DNA of 64,000 nucleotides from Planctomycetota bacterium (GTDB taxonomy: Bacteria; Planctomycetota; UBA11346), in contig JAKLKR010000002.1 of the NCBI GenBank assembly GCA_023150565.1, forward strand, positions 26,757 through 90,756. The letters run 5' to 3'. The position numbers and the translations under genes were made by a program. Below are positions 41,159-52,371 of this stretch, piece after piece. Numbering within the stretch: the first letter of the stretch is position 1; every line of letters starts with the position of its first letter. The notes under the pieces were generated by a model. The model searched no databases. It saw nothing but the letters and a program-made list of their open reading frames with translations, and was not told the origin of the DNA.

Positions 41159-43423
41159 ATGTCCCCGCCCATGTCCGCCATCACCTGCCACGAACCCACC
41201 AGCACCTACTTCCTCCAGGGCGCCGGCAGCAGCTATGTGCTGCGCGTGCTGCCCACCGGCCACCTGGTGCACCTGCACTGGGGTGCGCGGCTGGAGCCGT
41301 GCGCGATCGACTGGTTCCCGCTGTGGGGCGACCGCGCCTTCAGCCCCAACCCGCCCGGCATGCGCGAGGTCGGCTTCACCCTCGACACCCTGCCGCAGGA
41401 GGCCCCCGCCTACGGCAACGGCGACTACCGCGCCGCCCTGGTCGGCGCCCGCCACGCCGACGGCAGCCATGTGCTCGACCTGCGGGTGGTGAAGCGCGAG
41501 ATCCGCGCCGGCAAGCCGGCGCTGGAGGGCCTGCCCGCCACCTACGTCGAGGACCCCGCCGAGGCCACCACCCTCGCCATCACCCTGCTCGACAAGGTCG
41601 CCGGGCTCGAGATCGAGCTGCTCTACACCGTGTTCCACGGCACCGACGCCATCGCGCGCTCGTGGCGGGCGGTCAACCGCGGCGGCGCCGCGCTGCAGCT
41701 CAGCCGCGCGCTCAGCGCCAGCGTCGACCTGCCGCGCGCCGACTGGACCATGCTCCAGCTCTCGGGCGCGTGGGCGCGCGAGCGCCAGGTGGTCGAGCGC
41801 CCGCTGGCGCCCGGGGTCAGCGCGGTCGAGAGCCGGCGCGGCACCTCCAGCCACCAGCACAACCCCTTCATCGCCCTGTGCGCCCCCGGCGCCGGCGAGG
41901 AGCACGGCGAGGTGCTGGCGATGAACCTGGTCTATTCCGGCAACTTCCTCGCCCAGGCCGAGGTCGACCAGTTCGGCTCGACCCGCCTGCAGATCGGCAT
42001 CAACCCGCTGGAGTTCGCCTGGGAGCTGGCCCCCGGCGGCTCCTTCCAGGCCCCCGAGGCGGTGCTGGTGCGCTCGGGCGAGGGGCTCGGCGGCATGAGC
42101 CGCACCTTCCACCGCCTCTACCGCAGCCGCCTGGTGCGCGGCCCCTTCCGCGACGCCCCCCGCCCGGTGCTGATCAACAACTGGGAGGCGACCTACTTCA
42201 AGTTCGACACCGACAAGCTGCTCGCCCTGGCCAAGGCCGGCAAGGAGGTCGGCTGCGACCTGTGCGTGCTCGACGACGGCTGGTTCGGCAAGCGCGAGGA
42301 CGACCGCAGCGGCCTGGGCGACTGGACGCGGGTGAACCAGGCCAAGCTGCCGGGCGGGCTCAAGCGCCTGGCCGAGGGGGTCAACGCCCTGGGCATGCGC
42401 TTCGGCCTGTGGTTCGAGCCCGAGATGGTGTCGCCCGACAGCGACCTCTACCGCGAGCATCCCGACTGGTGCTTCCACGTGCCCGGCCGCCCGCGCACCG
42501 AGGGCCGCAGCCAGCTGGTGCTCGACCTCGGCCGCGCCGAGGTGCGCGAGCGCATCTGGGCCGACATGTCCTCGGTGCTGCGCTCGGCCCCGATCGGCTT
42601 CGTGAAGTGGGACATGAACCGCCACCTCACCGAGGTGTGGTCGCCGGCGCTGCCGCCGGCGCGCCAGGGCGAGGCCGCGCACCGCTTCACCCTCGGGGTC
42701 TACGACCTGCTCGAACGCATGCACCGCGAGTTCCCCGACGTGCTGGTCGAGGGCTGCTCGGGCGGCGGCGGGCGCTTCGACCCCGGCATGCTGTTCTACC
42801 ACCCCTACATCTGGACCAGCGACAACAGCGACGCGATCGAACGCCTGCGCATCCAGCACGGCACCAGCATGGCGTACCCGCTCAGCAGCATGGACGCCAA
42901 CATCTCGGCGGTGCCCAACCACCAGGTCCACCGCCGCACCCCGCTGGCGACCCGCGCCATCGTCGCCTTCACCGGCGCCTTCGGCTACCAGCTCGACCTG
43001 CTGACCATGACCGGCGACGAGCGCGCGGCGATGCGCAGGCAGACCGAGCGCTGGCGCCAGGTGCGCCGGGTGGTGCAGGAGGGCGACCTCCACCGCCTGG
43101 TCGACCCGCGCGGCAACCGCTGGGCGGCGTGGATGAGCGTCACCCCGGAGCGCGACGAGGCACTGGTGACCTGCGTGCGCATCCTCACCGAGGCCAACGC
43201 CGGCCGCCTGGCCCTGCGCCTGCGCGGGCTCGACCCGGCGCGCACCTACCGGGTGCGGGTCACCACCACCAAGGAGCTGCCCAGCGGCTCCGGGGCCACC
43301 CGGCACCAGGAGGTCGAGAGCGCCTTCGACGCCAGCGGCGCCGCCCTGATGGCGGTCGGCCTGCGCGCCGACAGCCCCGGCGACTTCGTCGCCAGCACCT
43401 GGCACCTGACCACCCTGGGCTGA
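41159..43423 (+). CDS. Alpha-galactosidase, GH36 family
   Basis: CVLDDGWFGKREDD, GLWFEPEMVSPDSDLYREHPDW, KWDMNR and EGCSGGGGRFDPGMLFY. The start is Met at 41159 (MSPPMSAITC). Confidence 0.85.
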   Translation: MSPPMSAITCHEPTSTYFLQGAGSSYVLRVLPTGHLVHLHWGARLEPCAIDWFPLWGDRAFSPNPPGMREVGFTLDTLPQEAPAYGNGDYRAALVGARHADGSHVLDLRVVKREIRAGKPALEGLPATYVEDPAEATTLAITLLDKVAGLEIELLYTVFHGTDAIARSWRAVNRGGAALQLSRALSASVDLPRADWTMLQLSGAWARERQVVERPLAPGVSAVESRRGTSSHQHNPFIALCAPGAGEEHGEVLAMNLVYSGNFLAQAEVDQFGSTRLQIGINPLEFAWELAPGGSFQAPEAVLVRSGEGLGGMSRTFHRLYRSRLVRGPFRDAPRPVLINNWEATYFKFDTDKLLALAKAGKEVGCDLCVLDDGWFGKREDDRSGLGDWTRVNQAKLPGGLKRLAEGVNALGMRFGLWFEPEMVSPDSDLYREHPDWCFHVPGRPRTEGRSQLVLDLGRAEVRERIWADMSSVLRSAPIGFVKWDMNRHLTEVWSPALPPARQGEAAHRFTLGVYDLLERMHREFPDVLVEGCSGGGGRFDPGMLFYHPYIWTSDNSDAIERLRIQHGTSMAYPLSSMDANISAVPNHQVHRRTPLATRAIVAFTGAFGYQLDLLTMTGDERAAMRRQTERWRQVRRVVQEGDLHRLVDPRGNRWAAWMSVTPERDEALVTCVRILTEANAGRLALRLRGLDPARTYRVRVTTTKELPSGSGATRHQEVESAFDASGAALMAVGLRADSPGDFVASTWHLTTLG

Positions 43424-43452
43424 GACCCGGGGACGGCGCTCAAGGCCACGGG

Positions 43453-43529
43453 CGAATGCCGAATGCCTGAATGCTGGAATGATGCCGAAGACCGTCTTCC
43501 TGCGCCATTCCAGCATTCCAGCATTCGGC
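43453..43529. terminator. Bidirectional terminator-like palindrome built from tandem GAATGCY repeats
   Basis: CGAATGCCGAATGCCTGAATGCTGGAATG, a 24-nt spacer, then CATTCCAGCATTCCAGCATTCGG. It sits between the convergent alpha-galactosidase gene and the secreted-protein gene. Confidence 0.5.
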
Positions 43530-43543
43530 CTTCTGACTCCCCC

Positions 43544-44332
43544 TCAGCGCCGCGGCGGCAGCTGGATGGGCTGGTGGCGGTCCTGGATGGTGGCCCGGGC
43601 GAAGATCCGTTCGGCGTAGTTTTCGCGGTACTTGCGCCCGTTCACGCACTCCTCGCCGCGCCCGTTGTAGCGCTCGAGCGCCGCCCGCCAGCCGTCGAAC
43701 TCGGCCTCCTGGCGGCGCAATGGGGCCTGGCCCGAGCGCCCGAAGCCCTTGCGCGCGAGCATGCGCAGCGCCGCCATCAGGTTGTCGCGCGCCTGGCCCT
43801 GGTTGCGGCTGGCGGGCAGGCGCAGGCCGAGCTCGGTCTTGTGCGGGCACCAGTCGCCGGGGACGTTGACCTGGGCGGGATCCGACTCCCAGGCGGCGAG
43901 CGAGCGCCCGTCGCCACCGCCCGACTCCTGGATGATCCATGCCTTCACCAGCGCGGGGCTGAGCCCGGGCATGTAGGCGGCCTGAGTCTCGGTGCAGCCG
44001 CACCAGTCCTCGGGATGCTGGTTCAGCTCGGCGACGTAGCGCTCGATCAGGAAGTCGTGGCGCTGGTAGCGCTCGTCCTCGAAGCCGCGGAACACCGGCA
44101 GCACCCGGCGGTGGACGTAGAAGGTGGGCGGGAAGAAGGTGCTGTGCAGGCTGCGGCCCTCGCCGCACGCGAGCGGGGCCCGCTGCCAGTCGACCGGATA
44201 GGTCAGCTGCGGGTCGCGGCCGCCGGGCAGCACCAGGGCGTCGACCGCGCACGGCAGCGGCCGCACCTCGGCCGCCCGGCCCGGCGACGCCAGCAGGCAC
44301 AGCAGCGCCAGCATCCAGGACTTCCCGCCCAT
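43544..44332 (-). CDS. Secreted hypothetical protein (Cys/Trp-containing domain)
   Basis: Signal peptide MGGKSWMLALLCLLASPGRAAEV (Met302 of the ORF 43544..45235). The mature region WCGCTETQAAYMPGL...AWIIQESGG...GDWCPHKTELG has normal composition. No confident family assignment was made. Confidence 0.55.
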   Translation of the reverse strand: MGGKSWMLALLCLLASPGRAAEVRPLPCAVDALVLPGGRDPQLTYPVDWQRAPLACGEGRSLHSTFFPPTFYVHRRVLPVFRGFEDERYQRHDFLIERYVAELNQHPEDWCGCTETQAAYMPGLSPALVKAWIIQESGGGDGRSLAAWESDPAQVNVPGDWCPHKTELGLRLPASRNQGQARDNLMAALRMLARKGFGRSGQAPLRRQEAEFDGWRAALERYNGRGEECVNGRKYRENYAERIFARATIQDRHQPIQLPPRR

Positions 44333-44441
44333 CGCCGACCTCCAATCGGGCCCAGCATGCGGCGACGGAGGCGGCGACAATGCGCGAGCCCCGCGCGCAG
44401 CCCGCAGCGGCATGGTGACGTGGAAGCCGCCGGCGACCCGC

Positions 44442-44471
44442 TTCGGAGCGTCGACGCCCACGTCGACGGAG
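44442..44471. repeat. Second-locus copy of the 30-nt motif TTCGGAGCGTCGACGCCCACGTCGACGGAG
   Basis: Exact match to the left arm at 38078-38107. It lies in the divergent intergenic region about 110 nt upstream of the secreted-protein gene and upstream of the methyltransferase gene. Confidence 0.7.
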
Positions 44472-44617
44472 GTTCTCGCCGCAGCGGGCGGCCGGAGCAG
44501 GGCCGAGACCATGGCCGCGACCACGCACCGGCGCGGGAACCCGCGCCCGCCGCGCGCCAGGCCGCGCCGGCGGCCGAGACCGCCTGGGAGGCCCCCGCCG
44601 GCTGGTACGACGCGCGG

Positions 44618-45334
44618 GTGGGCGACGGCGGCGACGACTTCTACCAGAAGCTGGTGCTGCCCGCGACCCTCGCCCGCCTGGCCGCGCGCCCGGGCGAGCG
44701 CGTGCTCGACGTGGGCTGCGGCACCGGCGTGCTCGGGCGGGCCCTCGCCGCCAGCGGGGTGGCGAGCACCGGGGTCGACGCCAGCCCGCAGATGGTCGAG
44801 GCGGCGCAGCGCCGCGCCGGCAGCCTGGAGAAGCACCTGGTGGGCGACGCCCGCCGCCTCGCCGAGGCGCTGCCGGGCGAGCGCTTCGACCACGCCACCC
44901 TGGTGATGTGCCTGCAGGACCTCGATCCCCTCGCCCCGGTGCTGGCCGGGGTGGCGGCGCTGCTGCGGCCGGGCGGGCGGGTGGTGGCGGTGCTCTCGCA
45001 CCCCTGCTTCCGCATCCCGCGGCGCAGCGGCTGGGGCTGGGACGACGAGCAGAAGGCGCAGTACCGCCGGCTCGACGGCTACCTCTCGTCCTTCGCGGTG
45101 CCCATCCGCCTGCACCCTGGCCAGGCCGAGGACCGCACCTCCACCCGCTCGTTCCACCGCCCGCTGTCGGCCTACCTGGGCGCCTTCGGCGCGGCCCGCC
45201 TGGGGGTGGTGGCGGCCGACGAGCTGTGCTCGCACCGGCGCGGCACCCGCGGCGTGCGCAGCGCCGCCGAGGAGCGCGCCTGCAGCGAATTCCCGCTCTT
45301 CCTGCTGCTCGCGGCGGTGCGCCTGCCGGACTAG
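44618..45334 (+). CDS. Class I SAM-dependent methyltransferase
   Basis: Motif I VLDVGCGTGVLGRALA and post-I LLRPGGRVVAV. The minimal in-frame start is the GTG at 44618. The likely N-terminus (ETAWEAPAGWYDAR) has no in-frame start. The only nearby ATG (44510) is in another frame, so a frameshift or a non-standard start is possible. Confidence 0.6.
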   Translation: MGDGGDDFYQKLVLPATLARLAARPGERVLDVGCGTGVLGRALAASGVASTGVDASPQMVEAAQRRAGSLEKHLVGDARRLAEALPGERFDHATLVMCLQDLDPLAPVLAGVAALLRPGGRVVAVLSHPCFRIPRRSGWGWDDEQKAQYRRLDGYLSSFAVPIRLHPGQAEDRTSTRSFHRPLSAYLGAFGAARLGVVAADELCSHRRGTRGVRSAAEERACSEFPLFLLLAAVRLPD

Positions 45335-45380
45335 CCCGGCGGTCCTTTCCGTTTCAGCGCAAGAGTTTTTGCTACAATAA

Positions 45381-47972
<2,592 letters not shown>

Positions 47973-47976
47973 CGCC

Positions 47977-48360
47977 TTATCTCCGAGGTCCGGGGCCAGC
48001 CTGGCTGGGATAGGACACCTCCAGGACCAGGCAGCCGGCCTGATCGGTACGGAAGGGGCCATGCACCTCGCCCGGCGGCCGGGAGGCGTAGTCGCCGGCC
48101 TCCAGCCAGCGGTCAAAGGCGGCATCGAAGAGCCGGCCGCTGACGATGAACACCTCCTCCGGGTAGTCGTGGGACTTCCCTCCCACGCGCGCGGTGTCCG
48201 CACCGGGGAGGAAGCGGGTCAGGCGCGTGTAGTCCCCGTTCCCCGCATCCTGGGCCAGGGTGCAGGCCTCGAGCTGTCCGTCCGTACCCGGCACGACGCT
48301 CCACGACCCGCGATTGGCTGCCGCCAGCGCATTCCAGTAGGTTCGGCACGTCTTGGCCAT
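47977..48360 (-). CDS. Cupin-domain protein (ChrR-like small cupin)
   Basis: 127 aa, MAKTCRTYWN...GKSHDYPEEVFIVSGRLFDA...GEVHGPFRTDQAGCLVLEV. Only the C-terminal part of the ORF 47977..48966 looks protein-like. The start would overlap the divergent M28 start by 8 nt, so one of the two starts is probably later. Confidence 0.55.
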   Translation of the reverse strand: MAKTCRTYWNALAAANRGSWSVVPGTDGQLEACTLAQDAGNGDYTRLTRFLPGADTARVGGKSHDYPEEVFIVSGRLFDAAFDRWLEAGDYASRPPGEVHGPFRTDQAGCLVLEVSYPSQAGPGPRR

Positions 48361-49321
48361 CGCGCTGCTCCTGGGGTCGGCGGCGCCGTTGTGCAGGAGG
48401 TGCGGCGGCGATGCAACCTCCCTGGCGCCATCGGCCATGGCCGGCATGGTGGCCGGGGTCATGCCCGAGGATCCCGCCACCCGCCTGCTCGCCGATGTCC
48501 GGGCCCTGGCCGGCGACGGGCCGCGCCATGCCGGACGGGCGGGGACGCTGGAACGGACGCGTGCGCATGTCGCCGCCGGCTTCGCCGCCGCAGGCTGGAC
48601 GGCGCGCGAAGAGGCCTTCGCCTGGCGCGGCGGCTCCTTCGCCAACGTGGTGGCGGAACGCGCCGGCGGCGACGGCTCGTGGCTGGTGCTGCTGGCGCAC
48701 CTCGACTCGGTCGCCCACGCCCCCGGGGCGGGCGACAACGCCGCCGGGGTGGCGGCGCTGATCGAGCTGGCGCGGCGCTTCGCCGCCACCCCCCTGCCCG
48801 GACCCGGCCTGCGCCTGGTGGCGAGCGACAACGAGGAGGCGATGGCGGTCGACCCGCACGCCGGCGGCTCGGTGGCGCACGCCGCCGGCTGCAGCGCGCG
48901 CGGCGAGCGCCTGCGCGCCGCCCTGGCGCTCGACGGGCTGGTGTGGTTCGACCGCCGCTGGGGCACCCAGCAGGCGCCCGCCTGGTGGCTGCGCCCATGG
49001 TTCGGCTGGCGCGGGGACTACCTCGCCCTGGCCGGCGACCCCTCGGCCACGGCGCTGGCACGGCGGCTGGCGGCGGCGATGGCCGGACCGCTGCCGATCC
49101 GGCCGATCACCACCCGCTGGGCGCGGCCCTGGGCGATCGCCGGCGACAACGAGGCCTTCACCCTCGCCGGGGTGCCGGCGCTGCGCATCTGCGACACCGA
49201 TCGCTGGCGCTACCCCTACTGGCACCGTGCCGACGACGGCCCCGGGATGGTGGATGGCGCGGTGCTGGCGACGGTGGTGGACGCCATCGCACGCGGGATC
49301 TCGTCTTTGCTGAAGGAATAG
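48353..49321 (+). CDS. M28-family zinc peptidase (aminopeptidase-like)
   Basis: LLAHLDSVAHAPGAGDNAAGVAALIELAR (His/Asp zinc ligands). An alternative start is the ATG at 48434. Confidence 0.75.
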   Translation: MAIALLLGSAAPLCRRCGGDATSLAPSAMAGMVAGVMPEDPATRLLADVRALAGDGPRHAGRAGTLERTRAHVAAGFAAAGWTAREEAFAWRGGSFANVVAERAGGDGSWLVLLAHLDSVAHAPGAGDNAAGVAALIELARRFAATPLPGPGLRLVASDNEEAMAVDPHAGGSVAHAAGCSARGERLRAALALDGLVWFDRRWGTQQAPAWWLRPWFGWRGDYLALAGDPSATALARRLAAAMAGPLPIRPITTRWARPWAIAGDNEAFTLAGVPALRICDTDRWRYPYWHRADDGPGMVDGAVLATVVDAIARGISSLLKE

Positions 49322-49370
49322 CCGGCATTCCCGGGGTGGGCGGCGGCGGCCGGCACGCTAGGCTGGCGGC

Positions 49371-50924
49371 ATGTCCAATGACCCGGCAGCGGCGGAATCG
49401 CTCACCAGCCCCAAGCCCCAGCGCGGCACCGGCTGCGCCATCCTCTTCGGCCTGGCATTCGGCGCATTTGGCCTGGTGTTCACCGTGATGTTCCTGGTCC
49501 TGCCCCTGTGGCGGGTGGCGCAGGCCCAGGGCTGGCGCGAGACCCCCTGCACCATCCTCGAGAGCCGGGTCGACGTGCACAGCGACAGCGACGGCAGCAC
49601 CTACCGGGTGGCGGTGCGCTATTCCTACCTCGCCCCACCGCCGACCCCGGGCGCGGCCGAAGGCCAGGAGATGACCGGCGACCGCTACGACTTCGCCACC
49701 GGGCACAGCTCCGGGCGCGAGGCCAAGGATGCGGCGGTGCGCGCCAACCCACCTGGCCTGCGCCGCACCTGCTGGGTCGACCCCGCGCATCCGGAGCGCT
49801 CGGTGCTGGAGCGGGGATTCCCCACCGGGCTGTGGATCGGCCTGGTGACCCTGATCTTCCCCCTCGCCGGCTTCGCCATCGCCTTCGGGGTCTGGCGCGC
49901 ATCCCGGCGCGCCGCCGGGCCGGCGGGGCCGCTGTCGGCCGCGGCCACCTCCACCGTGGCGCCAGGGCCAGCGGCGGCCGGCGAGAGCCTGGTGCCGGTG
50001 CCGGGCAGCCAGCGCTGGGCTGGGCCGGTGGTGCTGGGGATCTTCGGCGGGGCCTGGAACGCCTTCGTGTGGTACGGCTTCCTGCATGAGCGCTCGACCA
50101 TCATGCGCCTGTTCCTCATCCCCTTCCTGGCGGTGGGGCTGGGGCTGGCCGTGGGCTTCGTCTGGACCCTGCTGCGCACCTTCAACCCCCGCCTGCGCCT
50201 GCGCCTGGAACGCGCCAACCTGCGCCCCGGCGGCGGCGGCGAACTGACCTGGGAAGTCGACGGCCAGGCCCAGCGCCTGCGCCAGCTGACCCTCGCCCTC
50301 GAGCTGCGCGAGGAGGCGAGCTACACCCGCGGCACCGACACCGTGCGCGATCAGCACGTGTGGCACCGCAGCGTGCTGGCGGAGCGCGAAGGCGGGCTCG
50401 ACCTGCTCGCCGGGCGCGCGGCCTTCACCCTGCCGGCGGAGCTGCCGCCCACCTTCCATGCCGCCAACAACCACCTGCGCTGGGTGGTCAGCGTGCGCTC
50501 GTCGATCCCCTGGTGGCCGGACGTGGACGACGCCTGGGAGCTGACCGTGCTGCCGGCGGCGCGCACCCCGCCGCCGCCGCCCGCCGACCCCCCCGCCGAG
50601 ACCGAGTATCCGCCTCTGCCGATCAGCCTGAGCGCGCGGCGCGGCGCCGAGGGCACGGTGCTGGGGGCGGCGGCCTGGGATCTGCCGGCGCCGCAGGGCA
50701 CGCTCGAGGTGCGGCTGTTCTGGTACACCAGCGGACGCGGCACCCGCGACGTCGGGGTGGCGGCGGTGAAGCGCCTGGAGGGGACGGCCGGGCGCTGCGG
50801 CTTCGCCTTCGCGCTGCCGGACCATCCGCCCACCGCGGCCGGCACCCTGGTGGCGATCCGCTGGGCGGTGGAACTGGTGGCGGAACCGCTGGGCAAGGTG
50901 GCGCGGGTCGAGCTGGATCCGTGA
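49371..50924 (+). CDS. Membrane protein with two DUF3592-like repeats
   Basis: Each half has a TM helix followed by a beta-rich module (WRETPCTILESRVDVHSDSDGSTYRVAVRYSY). 517 aa. Confidence 0.6.
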   Translation: MSNDPAAAESLTSPKPQRGTGCAILFGLAFGAFGLVFTVMFLVLPLWRVAQAQGWRETPCTILESRVDVHSDSDGSTYRVAVRYSYLAPPPTPGAAEGQEMTGDRYDFATGHSSGREAKDAAVRANPPGLRRTCWVDPAHPERSVLERGFPTGLWIGLVTLIFPLAGFAIAFGVWRASRRAAGPAGPLSAAATSTVAPGPAAAGESLVPVPGSQRWAGPVVLGIFGGAWNAFVWYGFLHERSTIMRLFLIPFLAVGLGLAVGFVWTLLRTFNPRLRLRLERANLRPGGGGELTWEVDGQAQRLRQLTLALELREEASYTRGTDTVRDQHVWHRSVLAEREGGLDLLAGRAAFTLPAELPPTFHAANNHLRWVVSVRSSIPWWPDVDDAWELTVLPAARTPPPPPADPPAETEYPPLPISLSARRGAEGTVLGAAAWDLPAPQGTLEVRLFWYTSGRGTRDVGVAAVKRLEGTAGRCGFAFALPDHPPTAAGTLVAIRWAVELVAEPLGKVARVELDP

Positions 50925-50949
50925 TCCCGGCGCCCCTGAAATCCCTTTT

Positions 50950-51065
50950 CCCTGGGAGCGCCGGGCTCCAGCCCGGCTCTTCCGCTTGCGCATCCAGCGA
51001 GCCCCGGCCGCCCTGGTGCTGCCCGGGCGCGCGAACTGCCGGGCTGGAGCCCGGCGGTCCCAGGG
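50950..51065. repeat. Miniature inverted-repeat element, 116 bp, 27-bp terminal inverted repeats CCCTGGGAGCGCCGGGCTCCAGCCCGG ... CCGGGCTGGAGCCCGGCGgTCCCAGGG
   Basis: One mismatch between the terminal repeats. A 62-nt internal segment. Flanks are TTTT and GCGTC. Confidence 0.8.
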
Positions 51066-51088
51066 GCGTCTACGACGGGTCCGACGCC

Positions 51089-51640
51089 GTGCCCGCCCAC
51101 CGCAACCCCTTCCGCACCGAGCGGCTGGAGGCGCTGCGCTACCGCCTGGACGATGCCGGCTGGGAGGCGCTGCTGGCGCGCGGCGACGCCCTGGGCTGGC
51201 GCTGCGCCCTGGTCGGCCCGGAGGGCAGCGGCAAGACCACCCTGCTGGGCGAGCTGGAGCGGCGGCTGGCGGCGCGCTTCCCGGTGCGGGCGCGGCTCAC
51301 CGCCCGGCGCGGGGCGCCACCGGAACCCGCCGCGCAGGCGGCGGCGCTGGCGGCGCTGCCGCCGGCAGGGCTGCTCGTCATCGACGGCGCCGAGCAGTAC
51401 GGCCGCCTGGGCTGGTGGCGGCTGACCCGGCGCTGGCGCGGGGCGCTGCTGGTCACCAGCCACCGTCCCGGCCTGCTGCCGACCCTGCATACCCACGCCA
51501 CCGACGCTGGACTGCTGGCCGAGCTGGTGCGCGAGCTGGGCGGAGCCGAGGTCGCCGCCGAGGAGCTCTGGCGCCGCCACCGCGGCAACCTGCGCACCTG
51601 CCTGCTGGAGTGCTACGACCGGTGTGCGCGCGGCAGGTGA
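51089..51640 (+). CDS. Small P-loop AAA+ core protein (DnaA/Hda/IstB-like minimal ATPase)
   Basis: Walker A GPEGSGKTTLLGEL. Walker B LLVIDGAEQ. Sensor-1-like LLVTSHRPG. A GTG start at 51089 is assumed (about 183 aa), immediately after the repeat element. Confidence 0.6.
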   Translation: MPAHRNPFRTERLEALRYRLDDAGWEALLARGDALGWRCALVGPEGSGKTTLLGELERRLAARFPVRARLTARRGAPPEPAAQAAALAALPPAGLLVIDGAEQYGRLGWWRLTRRWRGALLVTSHRPGLLPTLHTHATDAGLLAELVRELGGAEVAAEELWRRHRGNLRTCLLECYDRCARGR

Positions 51641-52371
51641 CCCGGGATGGCGTGCCCGCCCGCCGCCCTACCCTGCCGCCCGCCATGATCGACGACCGAC
51701 CGCTGGGGATCCGCATCCGCGCCGCGCTGGCGGCCAACCTGCGCGCCCTGCTTGTGATCCCGGCGGTGGCGGTGGCGGTGGCGCTGGGCTACTACCAGGT
51801 CCCGGCGGTCCATGACGCCCTCGCCGCGGTGGGCCGGCTCAAGGCGGAGTGGGGCCTGGCGTTCTCGGCCATCTCGACCGGCCTGTTCGCCGGCCTGCTG
51901 CCGGTGCTGGTGCGCATCGCCGCCGGGCGCATCCCGGCCGGGCTGCGCCGGCGCGAGCTGGCGGTGCTGGTGCCGCTGCTGACCTGGCGCGGGATCGAGG
52001 TCGACCTGCTCTACCGCCTGCAGGGGCTGCTGTTCGACGGCCTGCCCGGGGTCTGGTGCGTGGTGGTCAAGACCGCGGTCGACCAGGCCACCTTCACCGC
52101 CCTGTGGGCCACCCCCACCGGCATCCTCATCTGGCGCTGGAAGGACCACGGCTGGGCCGCGCTGGCGGACGGGGCCTGGAAGCGCGGCCTGGCGGGCGAC
52201 TGGATCTCGACCCTGGTGGCCAACTGGCTGGTGTGGATCCCGGCCCTGGGCGCGATCTACGCCATGCCCGCCGACCTGCAGATCCCGCTGTTCAGCCTGG
52301 TCGCCTGCCTGTGGATGCTGATCATGTCCAGCAACCTGGAAAAGCCGGCGGCTCAGACCTCGGGCGCGTAG
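51637..52371 (+). CDS. Polytopic membrane protein (5-6 TM), hypothetical
   Basis: A GTG start overlaps the stop of the upstream ATPase (GTGA). An ATG alternative is at 51685 (MIDDRPLGIRI...). Hydrophobic segments LLVIPAVAVAVALGYY, FSAISTGLFAGLLPVLV, VWCVVVKTAV, WISTLVANWLVWIPALGAIYA and FSLVACLWMLIM. Confidence 0.6.
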   Translation: MTRDGVPARRPTLPPAMIDDRPLGIRIRAALAANLRALLVIPAVAVAVALGYYQVPAVHDALAAVGRLKAEWGLAFSAISTGLFAGLLPVLVRIAAGRIPAGLRRRELAVLVPLLTWRGIEVDLLYRLQGLLFDGLPGVWCVVVKTAVDQATFTALWATPTGILIWRWKDHGWAALADGAWKRGLAGDWISTLVANWLVWIPALGAIYAMPADLQIPLFSLVACLWMLIMSSNLEKPAAQTSGA

